Assembly: GCA_963693365.1 (NCBI GenBank)
Contig: CAVNZM010000006.1
Span: forward strand, 9,675,355 to 9,739,354
Source of the DNA: Amoebidium appalachense
Lineage: Eukaryota; Protista; Ichthyosporea
Direction: 5' to 3'
Length of the DNA: 64,000 nucleotides
The stretch's first letter is position 1. Each line of letters opens with the position of its first letter. Shown here one piece after another: positions 1 to 18,850 of the stretch. Position numbers and translations under genes: made by a program. Below the pieces are notes generated by a model. It was given only the letters and a program-made list of their open reading frames with translations, was not told the origin of the DNA and did no database searches.

Positions 1-508
1 TCACCACCACCCCCGTCCGCCCAACTCTCCCACTCACCCGTCAACCACCACCACAACCACCATTACACACCATCAAAAATGAACGGTTAGCTTTACCGAG
101 TGGAGAGCTAATTTGCACAAATATCATGATCATAAATGAATATCTGCCCATCCAGCCTCATGGGCTAGTGAATGAATAAATATGTACACGTGAATGTTGT
201 CCCCTCCCCCCTCCCCCCCCCCCTCCCCCCCCCCCCCCCCCTCCCCACCTCCGCTCCCCTCCAACACCCACCCAAAATGCTCGCACACCGGCAGCCAGAC
301 AGCAACGCAGGCAGGGATGCAGGGATGCAGACAGGCATGCAGGCACACATGCACATGCACACAAACACACGTGCCTGCAGGGGGCGGGGGGAGAAAGGGG
401 GGCCGGGGGGAGGGGGGCACGTGGGTGGGTAGGTGGGTGGGTGGGTGGGTTGGGGGGGGGGAGGGGGGGGAGGGGGGGGGGGGGGGGGGGGGAGGGATGG
501 GTGCTCAC

Positions 509-662
509 CACATCGGGAGTGCCCGGCCACTGCAGCATGAGGTCGATATGTTGGCCCTCAGCCTGGGCCCCCTCGTACCGGTTGCATTGGTTCTCGTTGT
601 CGTAGATGTTGGCCTGTGCATGCAAGTGTCACCAAGAGAACGTTAAGCAGAGCCCCTTCGAG

Positions 663-696
<34 letters not shown>

Positions 697-2489
697 TCTC
701 CCCCCCCTTACCCAACCCACACACACACACACACACCATCCCCGCTCACCCTCCCGAGGGACTGTTCACTTAATCGTTGATATTCCATGCGAAATATAGA
801 CGTGGTTCTGGCCACAAAGTACGCAATCTTGACAGATGTGAGGAAGGCGTGGGCAGTGGTTTATACTTTGGCGGACAGTACGGGGGAAAAAATGGATCAA
901 AGAACACGGTGTCGCCCATATAATCATATGCTATAAGGACCATGGAAAGTAGGCAAGTCCGGGAAACAGAAGAAACGGAGGATGGGGAGGGAGGGGGTTG
1001 GATGTAGTGAAGAGCACTATGAAAGCAGCCTTTGCGATGCATTTAATCGAAAGGGGGGAGAAGGGCTCACAACGGGCAGGATGGGGGGAAGGTGAGGGGA
1101 GGGGGGAGGGGGAGTAGAAAGGCAAAGAGGGGGAGTGTACCTGGCTGGCCCCCACCGTAGCAACGATATTCCCACACTGGCCATGGACCGTGTTGAAGCA
1201 GATCTTGGTGATGGCCTGAGTGCCCGGGGGTGGGGCAGGGGGCAGGAGGGGGGGGGGGGGGGAGGGGGGGGGGGACAATGAGAACTTATGTCCGAGCACA
1301 TAATAATGAGTCGCTATCTTCTGCCAGGAATGAGGAGGGAGGGAGAAGGGGGAGAGGGGGAGAGGGGGAGGGGGGGGGGGGGAGGGGAGGAGAGAGGAGA
1401 GGCATACCATTGCTTCCATTCTTATATGCCTCACCTCTTGCAGATTTGCTGGTGCTTATGCATCCCTTCAAAAACTATTGCATGTATTTCACTTCTCATA
1501 CCGATTTACACAGTTCCTACATCAATATCCTGACAGCCTGTGCCGTGTTCTACACAGACCATGAAGGTAAGCCGAGAGTCAAACATCCCCAGGTTGATTT
1601 GCAATTACGACTATCAATCGGTGTGTGCCCCTGCAGTGAGGCCAAACAAGGAGGAGCGGCATGATGGTGAGCATCAGGAGCACATACCCCATTGTGGTTC
1701 TCTTTCACAATCCGCCGCAGCATAAAGTCCCTAAACTTCTCTTTGAAACCTCCTTTGCGAGCCCTCTTAGGGTTGTTCTCTGGCTCTTCCACATCATCCC
1801 CGCTCGATGCTGCGGGTCAAGTATGTGCAAACGAAGGTATTGGAATAGAGGAAGTGACACTGATCAGAAAGGGGGTTTTGGAATATCAAGAAGAGAGGGT
1901 GGGGTGGAGGAACACAGATTGTTTTGTTGTATGAATGTATGAATGAATTCGTGCTTAAACACACACTGTGGGCAAGCCTGTGTGTGTGAGCCAGAGCACA
2001 CGTGCAGTTCAAGGACACAAGTGTGCAGTTGCATGGCTGCATGTGCTCGTCAGTACAGTTATGTGTAGGTCTAGCCGTGCCTGCAGGTGCATGTGTTGGT
2101 TGTGTATGAGGATGTGTGTGTGCATGTGTAGGTGAGACTGTGTGTGGATGTGTCGTTGTGTTAACGTGTCCCTGTTTGTGTGTGCTTGTGTGTGTATGTG
2201 TGTGTGTGTGCGCGCACGCATGTGTGTGTGCACGTATGTGTGCGTGTGCGCGTGCATGTGCTTGTGTGTATGGATGATGTTTGTGCCTGTGCGAGCAGGC
2301 CTGCAAGTGCGTCTTTATGTGTGCATGTATATGTGCATATGCGGGTGGGTGTGTGTGCGTGTGTGTGTGCGTGTGCGTGTGCGTGTGCGTGTGCGTGTGC
2401 GTGTGCGTGTGCGTGTGCGTGTGCGTGTGCGTGTGCATGTGCGTGTGTGCGCACTTGTGTGTGTGTGTGTGTGTGTGTGTGTTGTGTCG

Positions 2490-2520
<31 letters not shown>

Positions 2521-2968
2521 CGCTCTTGTGTTTACGTTTGTCTTTGTATGTGTGTGTACGGTGTTTTTGTGTGCCCTATTTGTGTGTGCTGTTAGTGGGG
2601 GTGGGAATGCCTGTGCCTGCACGTGTATGTATCCATGTAGGTATCTGTGTAGGTGTGTGCTGGTGTGTATGTGAATTTGCGATCGTACACGTTCCTTGTA
2701 AGAGTTATTGTCCTTCATGAGTAGCCCAACAGCGCGTTTGTGTTATAGTGGTCATAACCTAGAAACTGGTAGAGATATGCCTCTTACGCTTCAATGTTGT
2801 GTATAGCTGGTCACCAGTAAGCTAAGTTGCTTCATTTAAGCAGCACCTAGCTTCGCTTAAACGATGCATTCCACGCAAACGTACAGTTTGTGGTAGAAAT
2901 GGGACCACCAACCCACCTGCTGCTTTGGTGCGCTTTTTTGGTTCTTGTTTTTCTGTGTCTGTCGTCAT
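509..2968 (-). CDS. EED/ESC-like WD40-repeat protein, 5' part (continues beyond left edge of window)
   Basis: Phase-consistent GT-AG exons 2968-2917, 1809-1688, 1215-1141, 613-509 give MTTDTEKQEPKKRTKAAASSGDDVEEPENNPKRARKGGFKEKFRDFMLRRIVKENHNGAITKICFNTVHGQCGNIVATVGASQANIYDNENQ.... The KExH...FN...ATVG....IY pattern resembles the start of the EED/ESC/FIE propeller (KEDH...FN...FATVGSNRVTLY). Confidence 0.7.
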
Positions 2969-3910
2969 TTTGGCCTAGAAAAATGAGCGAGTGAATGCAG
3001 AAAGTCCCTAGGGGATCGGCCGTTAGTTTGACGAAAAAAAAAGTTGAGGGCAGGACTTGGTAGTTTGCTTCCTTCCTACTTCGAACTGCTAGTAACAGGC
3101 TTAATAATACTGCTTGTTGCACCTATAATGCAGGATGGTAAGGGTGAGCCTTCTCAGTCTTTTGTATTTTTGCTAAAGAGACAGACCGGAGATGTCTTAG
3201 CGTGGGCACTTCTAGGACACTGTTAGGAATTACCCTTGGAGCTGCACACAGTCACTGTCTGCTCAGGGCCGGGGCCGCCCGGCTCCCTGCAACATGATGA
3301 TTGGACAACCAGGCAAAACCGCGGGAAGCATTTTGATTCGATTCCGGAACATTCCATTCCAATGACGTCACGACGTGCCTTGCTTATTCTCATGTATCTA
3401 AATCCACCTCAAAAGGTTGAAGTTTAACTGCATATCAATAAATATCACAATATATGGTCTCAGACATATATAAAACTGCACATGCAAACTTTGCTACTGA
3501 GTTCTGAGCTTGCCCAACTTCAAGAGATGGTTCAAGGGCAAATATTTGGTGCACAGCCGGGATCACCAATCAGATTCAGGCTCCAACCACGGTACAGTTT
3601 CGCGGGGGTGCATGACAGCCCGTACACAGTGCATACGTACAGTGGTGCATCTTCCGCTATTCATGAACACTAATAGAATCTAACAAGTGTGTGTTTATTT
3701 AGTAAAAGAACCTACAACGTACGGTAAAATAGCCAGTGACCTTTTGTCACCGACTCACCCTCCGTTGCCGTCACGAGTCGGACTCTTATTTAATTTAGAC
3801 CTGATTGCTCCGATAAGCGGTGTGTCCAATCACATTGCGGTATAGGGGAAAAAAGTTTTGTCCTATTGGCCTGTCAAAGCAACAGGGCACTGGTTGAGTA
3901 GCCCCCGCAC

Positions 3911-3918
3911 TATATAAA
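3911..3918 (+). promoter_or_regulatory. Putative TATA box upstream of the adenosine deaminase gene, in a divergent intergenic region
   Basis: TATATAAA about 195 bp upstream of the ATG at 4106. Confidence 0.35.
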
Positions 3919-4105
3919 GCACCTCTGTCTATTCCATTCAAAGATTTTTTGTGACACTTTTCAAGTGCGTAACGAACAGCAACATATTACACCTGTCGCC
4001 GGGTTGTGAGAAGCTTATACCCTTTGCTTTTACAGGAATAGTCAGCTGGGAAAGTTATAAACGTGACAAATACCATACACTTATAATTAGGAACACAGTG
4101 CACAT

Positions 4106-8070
<3,965 letters not shown>

Positions 8071-10038
8071 ATTAGTGTTCATGGGACCCTGGGTGTATAA
8101 ATATTTGATTATGGTGTCACGGTCATATGGATATTGTTTAGTGCATGCTTTAATAGCGCATTCAGCCTGCTATTTTGCGGATAGGAAATGCCCAAAAAGG
8201 CCGGCTGCAGTGCCCTTTTTTTTGCTCTTCGACTTCAAGCAAGTACCTAAAAGTATCAATAATATATTTTGTAACATTCAACCTGACTTCTTGTCTCGCA
8301 CAATCTTTAAACCTTAACCTTAGCACTTGTAGGCTGGGCAGATGTGCACCACATGCGGGTTCGTGTGTGTGCCAAGGCCTACTGAAAATAGGCCATGGTT
8401 TCCTTACTAAATCGTACGCATTTGACCCTGCCCGGTTACCCTGCCTCCCCCCCCCCCCCCCCCCCTTCCCCCCTCCCCCCACCCCCCCCCCCCCACCCAC
8501 CCACCCACCAACACCCACCCACCCACGTGCACACATGTACTGTAACACACACGCTACTACTTTTGATGTATTTTCAACTTGCCCCAATCTGCACACTGTT
8601 GTTATTTCCGTTACAGATGTGTGCTTTTTTCGGTTGTGACAGCCCCCCCTGCACCCCTCCCCCCCTCGCAAAAACAAACACACGCACGCACCGACACACA
8701 CACACGTAGACGGTGCCAAATGTACATAGATCGATATCTCTCTTGAAATATCCCTAGGGCTGGCTCCGGGCATAAATATCTAGATCGATAAGCTTAGGAA
8801 GGATATTCGAATGCATGCCCATGCATATGGCCACTTCGACACACAGCGACACTGTGCGCAGTGCTACCCAGTCTAACACATGGTGACTGTATCGGCGCCC
8901 CTAGTGGTGCACACATGCCCTGCCCTAAGGCCCTGTGTGCAAAAAAATTGTGACTGCAGCTGACAGTGCCCATGCACGCTGAGCCTCCGTGCACTGGCCA
9001 GTGGAGATGGCGGTGTAGGAGGGGAGAGGGGGTGGGAAGGGGGGGGGAGAGGGGGGGGATGCGAGCGCTATAGTGCACCGGTCCGCGGCCTGCCCGGGCC
9101 GGGAGCTCGAGAGGAATTGTTTATTGTTTCAGTAGTACGTAGTTGCTTGTTTCAACTCGTAAACAAAGGTGCTCTGGCCATCATGATGGCTGAAAGTGTT
9201 ATGCAGGAGTATAGGCGAAGGCATGGGGAACCGCGTATACCCAAAATACCCGGTCCGGTATCACCATCTATCTATACTACACTTTCAACACTGCCCACAT
9301 GCGTCCTTTGTGCAACCTTCTACGAATACAGACTGAACGTGGCGAAGCTTTGTTCGACATTATAAAGCTCAGACCACGAACCTGCTCAGAAACAATCTGT
9401 CACGCAAAAACCTTGCGGCAGCCTGGTCTGCCTACTGAGACAAGTCACTTGGTGGCCATATGGTTTTAACTTCATCCCCCCAACAGTGCGCATGATGATG
9501 GTCGGCCCACAGCTGCTGCATCGCATTTGGGAAAGGGTTACTGGTGGTGGGCTGACTGGTCAGACTTAAAAAAGTTTGCACCGGGGGTCCCGGGAGGAGG
9601 AGGGGGGAAGGGGGGGGGATTGAATGCATTATAAAGTACGAAGTACACATCAACAACGGATAGTTAAACACGATGCAGAGTGCACGCATGCAAACCATAC
9701 ATAATGAGTATGCATAGTATTAGCCCATCCTCAGGTGGGCCCACCGGGGGCGAGGCGGGGGGCGGGGCTCGCTTGAAAGCGGTTGACAGTTCGTTCACAG
9801 TGCAAAGAGATAACCCATTGCGGTAAGTTGAGTAAAACAAATACCAATCATCCGGCATAAGTAGAGCCCATCCTCAAGAAGTTTTGGCCACCTGCGCGAA
9901 ACTCAACAAAAATACCATGATCTAATATTACTTCGTTCCCGGAGTTATGGTTGCGGTGGCAAACCCTGCAATTGGGGTGAGGTAGGGTGTGGTGAGCTGG
10001 GATGGGTGGAGAGAGATGGTGGTGGTGGTGGTGGTGGT

Positions 10039-10083
<45 letters not shown>

Positions 10084-10279
10084 ATGTGTGTGCCTGTGTT
10101 TTTGTTTTGTGTGCGCGTGCGCGTGTGTGTGTGTGGGGAGGGGGGAGGGTCATCACTGAAAAAACGATAGCACACAGCCGAGGATCATGTAAGACTATCT
10201 GCTGGCAACCAGACCAGATCTGCGGTTTTATTTAACAATCAAACTATATTTTAATAACATTCACTCATTGGTTGGCCAT

Positions 10280-11237
10280 CTAAGCCGAGGAGGCAGCTGC
10301 CGAGCGCCAGATCTTGCCCATGATGTGTAGAAGGAAGACGGAGAAGATGAACACCAGACTCATCACAAGCACGGGCACGGGGCCACTGAAAAAAAAAAAC
10401 GTTTTAGCAAGGGGATTGGACTTGGAAGTGTACCAGGGAGTAGACATTTTGATATGACATGTGTCCACTGGCAGGCCGTACCCCGGCCCTGGTGTAAAAG
10501 TGCAAGGAACAAAACACAACCAAAACCAGGGCCAAACGTGTTTGCGCATTTGCGGCGCGAAGGCAAGGCTCGCACGTGCATGTGTGCAAGCGACAAGCAT
10601 CCTGCACCCACATAGCAGGGGCGAGGCAGCTCGACTCATAAATCACAGCTCACATACGCACACAAATACTCGTGAATTACACACGTGTTTTACGTGTGTG
10701 TGACGCGCTCGACGGCAATGCAATGTGCGCACAAACATCTTGGCAATATATGTACTGCTGCCACAATAATGAGGATGCATGGAACAAATATACACAGGCA
10801 CATCTACTCGTGTCCTTGAAAAAACAGCAAGTACGAGGTGCCACACATTAAGATACCGGCAGGCATAACCATTACGTCTCTCGTTCATTCAATAGTATTT
10901 TTGGTTGCGTAGTCGCGCATGGGTTGAGATGAGGGTGTGTGTGTTGGTGTTTGTGGGTGTGTGGGTGGGTGTAAAGGGGGGAGGGGGAGGGGGAGGCGGG
11001 GGGACTTGCATGTCGTACAACAGAGCAAAGCCAATAGACACATACTGGCTATTACAGTACGTACACAGAAAAGCAGAAAAGAACACAGACCCAGCATCAC
11101 AAACAGGCACAGCGGCGGGTGGGTGGGTGGGTTGTGGGAAGAACGGAGGGGGGAGGGGGGGTGCAATACGCAGGCTATGCTATTGGTATCCCACAAGAAC
11201 CGTCACGTCACGTGTGAACCCTCAGGGGTTGAATAAG

Positions 11238-11276
<39 letters not shown>

Positions 11277-12373
11277 GGGGGGGGATGTGTTAGAGAGCAT
11301 GAAGTGCACGCCCATGGCAGACAGCACAATGCAGACTGCAAAGAGAGGGAGGAGATACCCAACCAAACTACACCTACAGTCACACAACGATCACACGAAC
11401 AACAAAACAATGGACGAGGAAGTATACGGCCGCATGTGCAGGTCTGCATCCAGCACGCGTCATTAGACCTTGTGTGCCGATGCAGATACCACCCATAGCA
11501 GCAAACAGAAGCCTGTGTGGGCACAGCCGTGTGGTCTGCCTAACCTGACCCTATACTTAGTGTGCACGGTTTGCTAAAAATGCTGTAGGAAGCAGAAACC
11601 ACATACGTGTTATATCCCGTGCATACACGGAATAACAAAGCACTCACATCATCAGTCCGGGTGAGTCCTCAGTGTAAAACCGGAGCATGCCGCCAGGGTT
11701 GTTTGAGCGGAGTGGTGCCTGCTGGGAGGACGATGTATTCCTCTTGGAGGCCTGGCGGCTGCAGGGCCAAATGTCAGAACTCAGCAATAAGTTGCGCATC
11801 TGGTAACAATACCAATCTCAAGCAGAAAAGGGGGAAAAGAAAAACGGAAACACAAGTCATAGGACAGGTAGTAACCGCGTCCATATTTTCGCAGCAGAGA
11901 AGCTAACAACCATTGTTCCAAAGGATCTTGTTATCATAACAGACGTGTTGTCAGAAGTGAAAAATAATGAAGTTTGCTGCCGTATGTGTGTATGCACTCA
12001 GTGCACAATACTAGAATACAATGCTAGATAGGCAACCTTCTAACAGTACAAATGGTGTACCGGTGCATGCCCCGTCTTTTCAACATCTTCTACCCCTTTA
12101 CTGGGACTTCCAAGCTTCTAGTCTCTGCACGGCCGCGACACGCACGTGTGTGTGTGTGTGTGTGCGCGCGCGCGCGCGCATGTGTGTGTGTGCTCTCAAT
12201 GGAAGTACTTGTGTCTTCGTCCTTGTGTGCTCGTGATATGCACGTGTTTCTGTGTGTCTGTGCGGAAAGTAGTGAACCTGGGGCAACTGTGCATGTGCCC
12301 AGCCAAGCCCGAAATACCTACTGCTTAAAAAGCCGTGCTTACATATACATATACATTTACATATATTTACATA

Positions 12374-12428
<55 letters not shown>

Positions 12429-13853
12429 GCACACAGACAGACACGCGCGCACACACACATACCCACACACATGCCTTTGTGTGTGAAAAAATCTGTGTGC
12501 GCGTGCGTGCTTGCGTGTGTGTGTGTATATACAGAGAGTATATCATGCACCAAAGGCCAAAAAAGTGCATACCAGCAGCTGGTGGGTGCCGTCAAGACTG
12601 TGTGTGTGTGTGTGTGTGTGCGTGCGTGTGGTATAAGTTTTATATTTGCACAGTTGTAAGTGCATAAAGAGGGTGTTTAGGTGTGTGGTGTGTGCACGGG
12701 TGCCTGTGTCTGTCATGTGTACGTGTGCCCACGCGTGGATACACCATGTGTGTGCATGTGCAAGTGAGTAACTGTGTAAAACTAGCGCAAGCCAATGCAT
12801 GCACAACCGCCTGCTTGTGTCTGCACAGGATGCTTATACATGTATGTCAGCCATGGGTCAGCTGGCAAAGTTTGCCTGGACTCGCAGCACTACAGGAATA
12901 CTCGTGCATAAGAATGAGCCGTGACATCATGATTGCACTCAAGGCCATATTGTTTGGATGCATAGAGCACGCCCTCGTGGTCTGCGCATAAGGGGGCTAA
13001 GGACGTATGCTTTTGTGTATGCGTGTCTATGGTGGGTGCGCACAGGCTCATGTGTGTGGAGGTGCGTGTGTATGAGTGCTGCAAGGTAAATGCAATTTCT
13101 TGCCGCATGTCTGAGCTAGTGCACTTGCAATACGTTTATGATGTGAAAGCAAAGGAACTTCGGTTCTTTAGGCTGTCTTGTGCAAGATGCCATTTCTGGT
13201 CCTCCTGTAACACCAACACCTGTTTACTACAACGTTCAAATACTTAGAGCCTTATCATCTATCAACCACGCACAATCCTAATACTAAAAAGGGGCTAAGT
13301 CTAGTCTCCAGCAGCACGCAAAAGACATGCTGCCCTCCCCCCTCCCCCCCGTCCCCCCGCGCTTCCACCCCACCCTGCGCTTCTGCTTAACCATAAACCC
13401 CCCCCCCCACCCCCCCTTCCCCCCGACACATACACACCTCCTCTGCCTCCGCCTCTTCCCCCCCCCCCCCTCCCTCCCCCCCGCCCCCCTTTACAACCGA
13501 GGGTGTGTACCTGCGAAGCCCAGCTGGCGAGCCGGTTCCCTCTCCTGCCTGCAAATGCACCCGAAAGTGTTAACAGCGTGAAAACTGAAGTTATACAACA
13601 CAAAACAGAACACAGACAGGCATAAATTAAGGCGTGGATGAAGAAAACGCTTTCTTGAGGTACATTTCTGTTCACAGCTATAAACATGCAAGATAATGCA
13701 GGAGCAGTGGCACTAGCTCAAAGACGATCTGAACTCTGTGGCGTCTAAGGCATTCCAGCAAAAGCATTTTAGATTCTCACCAACGGCCGCCTAACATCCG
13801 AAATTCAGGTGCAAAGAACCTGTGCATACAGAAAATAAACATACCGTAGACAT
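10280..13853 (-). CDS. SEC61B: Protein translocon subunit Sec61 beta, 4 exons
   Basis: Exons 13853-13845, 13548-13511, 11758-11648, 10385-10280 splice in phase to [87 protein letters not shown]. The [21 protein letters not shown]..GK stretch is the Sec61beta signature. Confidence 0.95.
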
Positions 13854-14407
13854 GTTTTTGCTTCTGACAGGTAGCGTATGTAGGTGTTCTTCTCTTCTTC
13901 TTCTCTTTCAGACCTTCGCTACAAATCAGAAAGTTTTATTTTGTCTCGTGCAAACATTGAGACGGCTGGGCCACAGGCCGCGGGCCCCTGGCAACGCATG
14001 TATCACGGACAGAATGTGGATATACAATGTTATGATTATAAGGTCGGGTGTCGTTTTCTACAACCTACTTTAAAATCTTTTTAGCCTTAAATATTTATTA
14101 AAACCACTGTATACCAATCTGTAAACGCCTCGTATTTATCCGAGTTTCCGAATCTATTGCACATACTTCTTGAGCAAGCGAGCCAATCATGATTAATCTA
14201 AGTTATCTACTTTTGGTTTTTTTTCAGTGCATATTATTGGTTTTTTGTAACCAGTGCTCAGCTGCCGCTTTTTCTCAATTTTCTGCTTTTTGTTGACTCA
14301 AAAAAGTTTCCCACAGCTGCAGTTGTGGTGCAGCTTGCTTCGGTGAGATTTGGGTGCTTGTGACAGACAGGGCAGTTTTTTCTTCGTTTTCGCTGCATCT
14401 TCAGAAA

Positions 14408-15291
14408 ATGGGCAAGACTTACGCTATGGAGACCCAAAAGGGCCTGTTGGTGGCTTTGGAGCCCAGCATGGCAGGTTTTATTGTCGTGAAGGTAAGGGTG
14501 CTCATAGATCCCTGTGACTGCCAGAGCTGCAGGTTATGGACTACTCGGTTGGTGTTAGGTTGTGTATCTAGCTAAGGTTTAAGTGGTCTTGTTGTCTTGT
14601 TTAAGAAATGGTCACCTTTCTGTACCTAGCCCTCCCTGATCTCCCTGATTCACTACTTTCAAAAGTGAGCCACCATGTACGTTTTTTTTTTTTTTTAAAG
14701 AGTCTGCACTGCCCGCCTGTTTTCACTCTCTTCTCTGCCAGAAAATCTACGACCCTTTACCTAGAAACACGTGTTTACGCTCATATCCACACTCTCATGT
14801 CGTATAACTGCTCACATGCAACTGCCCTTCCGAGGTTCACACTCGCACACACAAACATATTCTCCTCTCTCTCTCTCTCTCTTCCCTCCCCCCTTTTTCC
14901 CCCCCCTCCCCCCCTCCCCCCCTCCCCCCCTCCCCCCCCCCCCCTCCCCGCCCCGCGCGCCCCCGCCCCACACACACACACACTCGGTCTCTTCCCCACC
15001 TTTTTCTCATCCTCCCGCTGCCTTACACTTGCACACCTGTCACTCCTTCTCTGATAACCATAGTTTCTGTGAAGCCCACTGTGTCTGTTGTTTCCACTGT
15101 CTTAGTTTGCTTTCGCTTGGAAGCTCGGAATTCCTTCTCTGTCTTTTTCATTCTCTTTATTTCTGACAATTTCCAGTGCAAGGCTTTTGCCCACCCCACC
15201 CACATTATTCGTACACATACGTACACACGGACCGGCACACACACACACACACACACATACACTCACACTCACACTCACACTCACACTCACA

Positions 15292-15358
<67 letters not shown>

Positions 15359-15362
15359 ACGC

Positions 15363-15459
<97 letters not shown>

Positions 15460-15732
15460 AACAAACAAACAAACAAACAAACAAACAAACAAACAAACAA
15501 GCAAACAAACAAACAAACAAACAAACATCTAGACACTCATACACTCACTTCTACACTCACTCACTCACTCACGCACCCACTCAAAACACTCGCTCACTCG
15601 CTTACTAATTATAATGGCATGTATCCACGCGCGCTCATCAAAGAGCACACACAAACAAACACACATACACACACACACACACTCTCTCTCTCTCCCCCCC
15701 CCCCCCCCTCCTCTCTCTCTTATGAAGGCGCG

Positions 15733-15768
<36 letters not shown>

Positions 15769-17617
15769 GCCCCCCCCCCCCCCCCCCCCCCCCCACACAC
15801 ACACGGATAAGATATCACAAGCGCACAACTCCTGAGCCCACTCTCTCTAGGCTTCTTTCTCTTCATTTTTAAATGAATGTTGCTAAACAACATGTCTGCC
15901 TTTCCTTCATCACTCGCTGTGGCTGTTTATGGTTTCCTGTCTCCTCCCCCCCCCCCCCCCCTCCCCCCTCCCAAAAAAAATAATTAAAAAAAAGTTTTCT
16001 TACCTCCCCCCCCCCCCCCCTCCCCATTTCCCCCCTCCTCCTCGTCTCCCCCCCCCCCCTCCCTCTCTCCCCCTCCCTCCCCTTCCCCTCCCCCCCCCCC
16101 CCCTCCCCCCGGCCCCCGTTACACATACCCTTCGTGTGTGCTCTTCAATTTGTGCGTTGTTTTGCTTGCCGTGAATGTGTACCTCGTACGTCATAACACA
16201 TTCTACCCCCCCCTCCCCCCCAGCCATCAGGCCCCTGGTTGAAGAGGTGGGGGAGGAGTGGCGAGGGGAGAGGGGAGGGATTGTTTCTGTTCTTGCCGCT
16301 GTTGAATGCTACCTCTTGCCTTTCTTTGTGTCAGCTCGCTTGTACGCAACTTTGTTTTTAGCTGTTACTCTGTTTAATTTTTTTATTTTTTTTTTTGCTT
16401 GGGTAATTCCCGCTCTTGGCCTCTTCCCACTTTACGCTCCAATGATGAATGATAACTTCTCAGGCCACAAGCAGTGTCACACTTAATTAACCAGTACATT
16501 TGCAATCAAACAAAACACGGTTGGCGAAGGGCTAGGGAGAACCGGAAGTGCGTGGGGCTGGGGGCGAGGAGATTGGGAAGAGAGATTGAGTTGATTTGGT
16601 GACAGGCAGGGTCACACATACCGAATGGTGGTTGGGGAGGGCAAGCGGGGAGAAGGGGGTGGGGGATACGCAAAATGTAACACTGGTGTGTGGTGTGACC
16701 AGCCACCCGTCCTACTGCCCACCACTAATATTCAACACCGTGCAGGCAGCAGTAGTCAACACGGCGCTGTGTGCTGCAACGTGCAGAAACCTGGACCAGG
16801 CAAAGAAGGCCTTCCCCAAGGGCGTTGCCAACACCCTGTTCAAGGAGACATGCTATGTCGTAAGTGCGGCGCTGATTGCATTGATGTGGCAGGGTGTGGA
16901 TCTGTGTGTTGCACTTAAAGAACTTGGGCTGGTTGATTTGGTTGGTTGGTGGGGTTTGCAGGCGAAGTTCTGGGAATGGCTTTGGTTTTTGATTGTTTGG
17001 GTGGTGTCCTGGTGTGTTCTCTCAGATGTGGTTGTCTTTTGAGGGGGGGGAGGGGGGGGGAGGGAGGGCTTAGATAAAGCTGGAGCGACCAAGAGTGTGT
17101 GAATGAGATCGATTGTCTGAGAGTGGGCCGGGGGGGAGGGGGGTGGGGGGGGGAGGTGTTTAACGGATGTAGCTCCTTAATTTGAAGTGCGTTGAGGTTG
17201 GCGTGCCCTTCCCCACACAGACCCTCCCGTCCACTGCTCCGCCGCTTTTCTTTCTGGTCTCCAAGAAACCTCTCTCTTTCTCTCCCTCCCTCCCTCCCTC
17301 CCTCCCTCCCTCCCTCCCTCCCTCCCTCCCTCCCTCCCTCCCTCCCTCCCTCCCTCCCTCCCTCCCTCCCTCCCTCCCTCCCTCCCTCCCCCCCCCCCCC
17401 CCCCCTCCCTCCCTCCCTCCCTCCCTCCCTCCCTCCTCTCTCTCTCTCTCTCTGTCTGTGTCTGCCTGCCTGCCTGTCTGTCTGTCTGTCTGACTGTCTT
17501 CCCTCTCTCTTCCTCTTTCTCTCCCTCCCTCGCTCCCTCCCCTCCCTCCCTCCCTCCCTCCCTCCTTCCCTCCCTGCCTCCCTCCCTCCCTCTTTCTTCT
17601 CTCTCTCTGTTTCTCTC

Positions 17618-17667
<50 letters not shown>

Positions 17668-18351
17668 AGCCCCCATGCCATATGCTGCTCTGTTGATGTT
17701 TGCATATAGTTATAGCAATTTTCGTCGATTTATCGGTTTTTCTTTAATATGCTACCCCCCCCCCCCCCCCCCCCTCCCCCCTCGCTTCCCCCGGGAGGCT
17801 AGCACACACACACACACACACACACAGACACACAGACGGGCGTGCACACACACGCACACACACACCTCTGTGTCGTCACCTACTCACCCCCTTTTCACAC
17901 AGACCACCAAGTCTGCCCTGCAACTTCTGTCGGTTGAGTTTCTGTCCAGGCGCTTGGCCCATAAACTTATGAAAGGTACGGGCAAAGACACTTCTTACTA
18001 ATTACATGTGCGTGGTTCTATGTGCGTTTTTTGCTCAGGAAATGATGCAAGGTTATCGTTCCGAAAGAACAGACGAAAAATACGACTTGTTTTTAGTGTG
18101 ACCAGTTCGTGTAGTATTATCACCTATTATTAGTGTTTCTTTCCCTTCTCTTGCCCTCTCTCTCTTTCTCCCCCCCCACTCAGACGCAATTGATGACTTG
18201 GGTCCTCCCTGAGGATGGGCTCTGCTTATGACGCATACTGTGCACATGACTGATGTGGCATACTTGAATGTTTGCCTTTGCATGTGTCCTGCACCATGCT
18301 TCTCGTCGTGTATACGTACCTCGTACCGTGTTCCGCATTCAAACCCCCCCC

Positions 18352-18382
<31 letters not shown>

Positions 18383-18571
18383 ACACCCGTGCACACCCCG
18401 CATTTCGTATCTTTTTCCCTCTTTCCCCCCCCTCCCCTCTCCTCCCGGCCTTTTCTTTTCGGGGTCCAGGCTCACAAACAGGACACACACAGTCACACAC
18501 TCCTTTTCACGGTATGGGTACACGCGGTAGGGGTGTGGTACTGATCATATGGAGGTTTGAGGGGTGTGTTG

Positions 18572-18623
<52 letters not shown>

Positions 18624-18802
18624 GCGTGTGCGTGTGTGCGTGTGTGCGTGTGCGTGTGTGCGTGCGTGTGCGTGTGCGTGTGCGTGTGCGTGTGTGTGTA
18701 CGCGCGCTCGCGCACGATTGGGGGAGCGGAGGGTGGGGATGAAGGGGGGGCAATGTATGCTATATAGTTCATGTGAGGGCGAGCAGATTGACACACACGC
18801 AT

Positions 18803-18850
<48 letters not shown>

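Noticed and set aside
1794-2720. Long ORFs of HT/CV/poly-P/poly-G repeats, here and throughout the window
   Set aside because: These are translations of (CA)n and homopolymer tracts inside introns, not genes.
9848-9965. Candidate minus-strand exon downstream of SEC61B
   Set aside because: It overlaps the GAGGATGGGCTC repeat family, has no partner exons, and has no recognisable protein motif.
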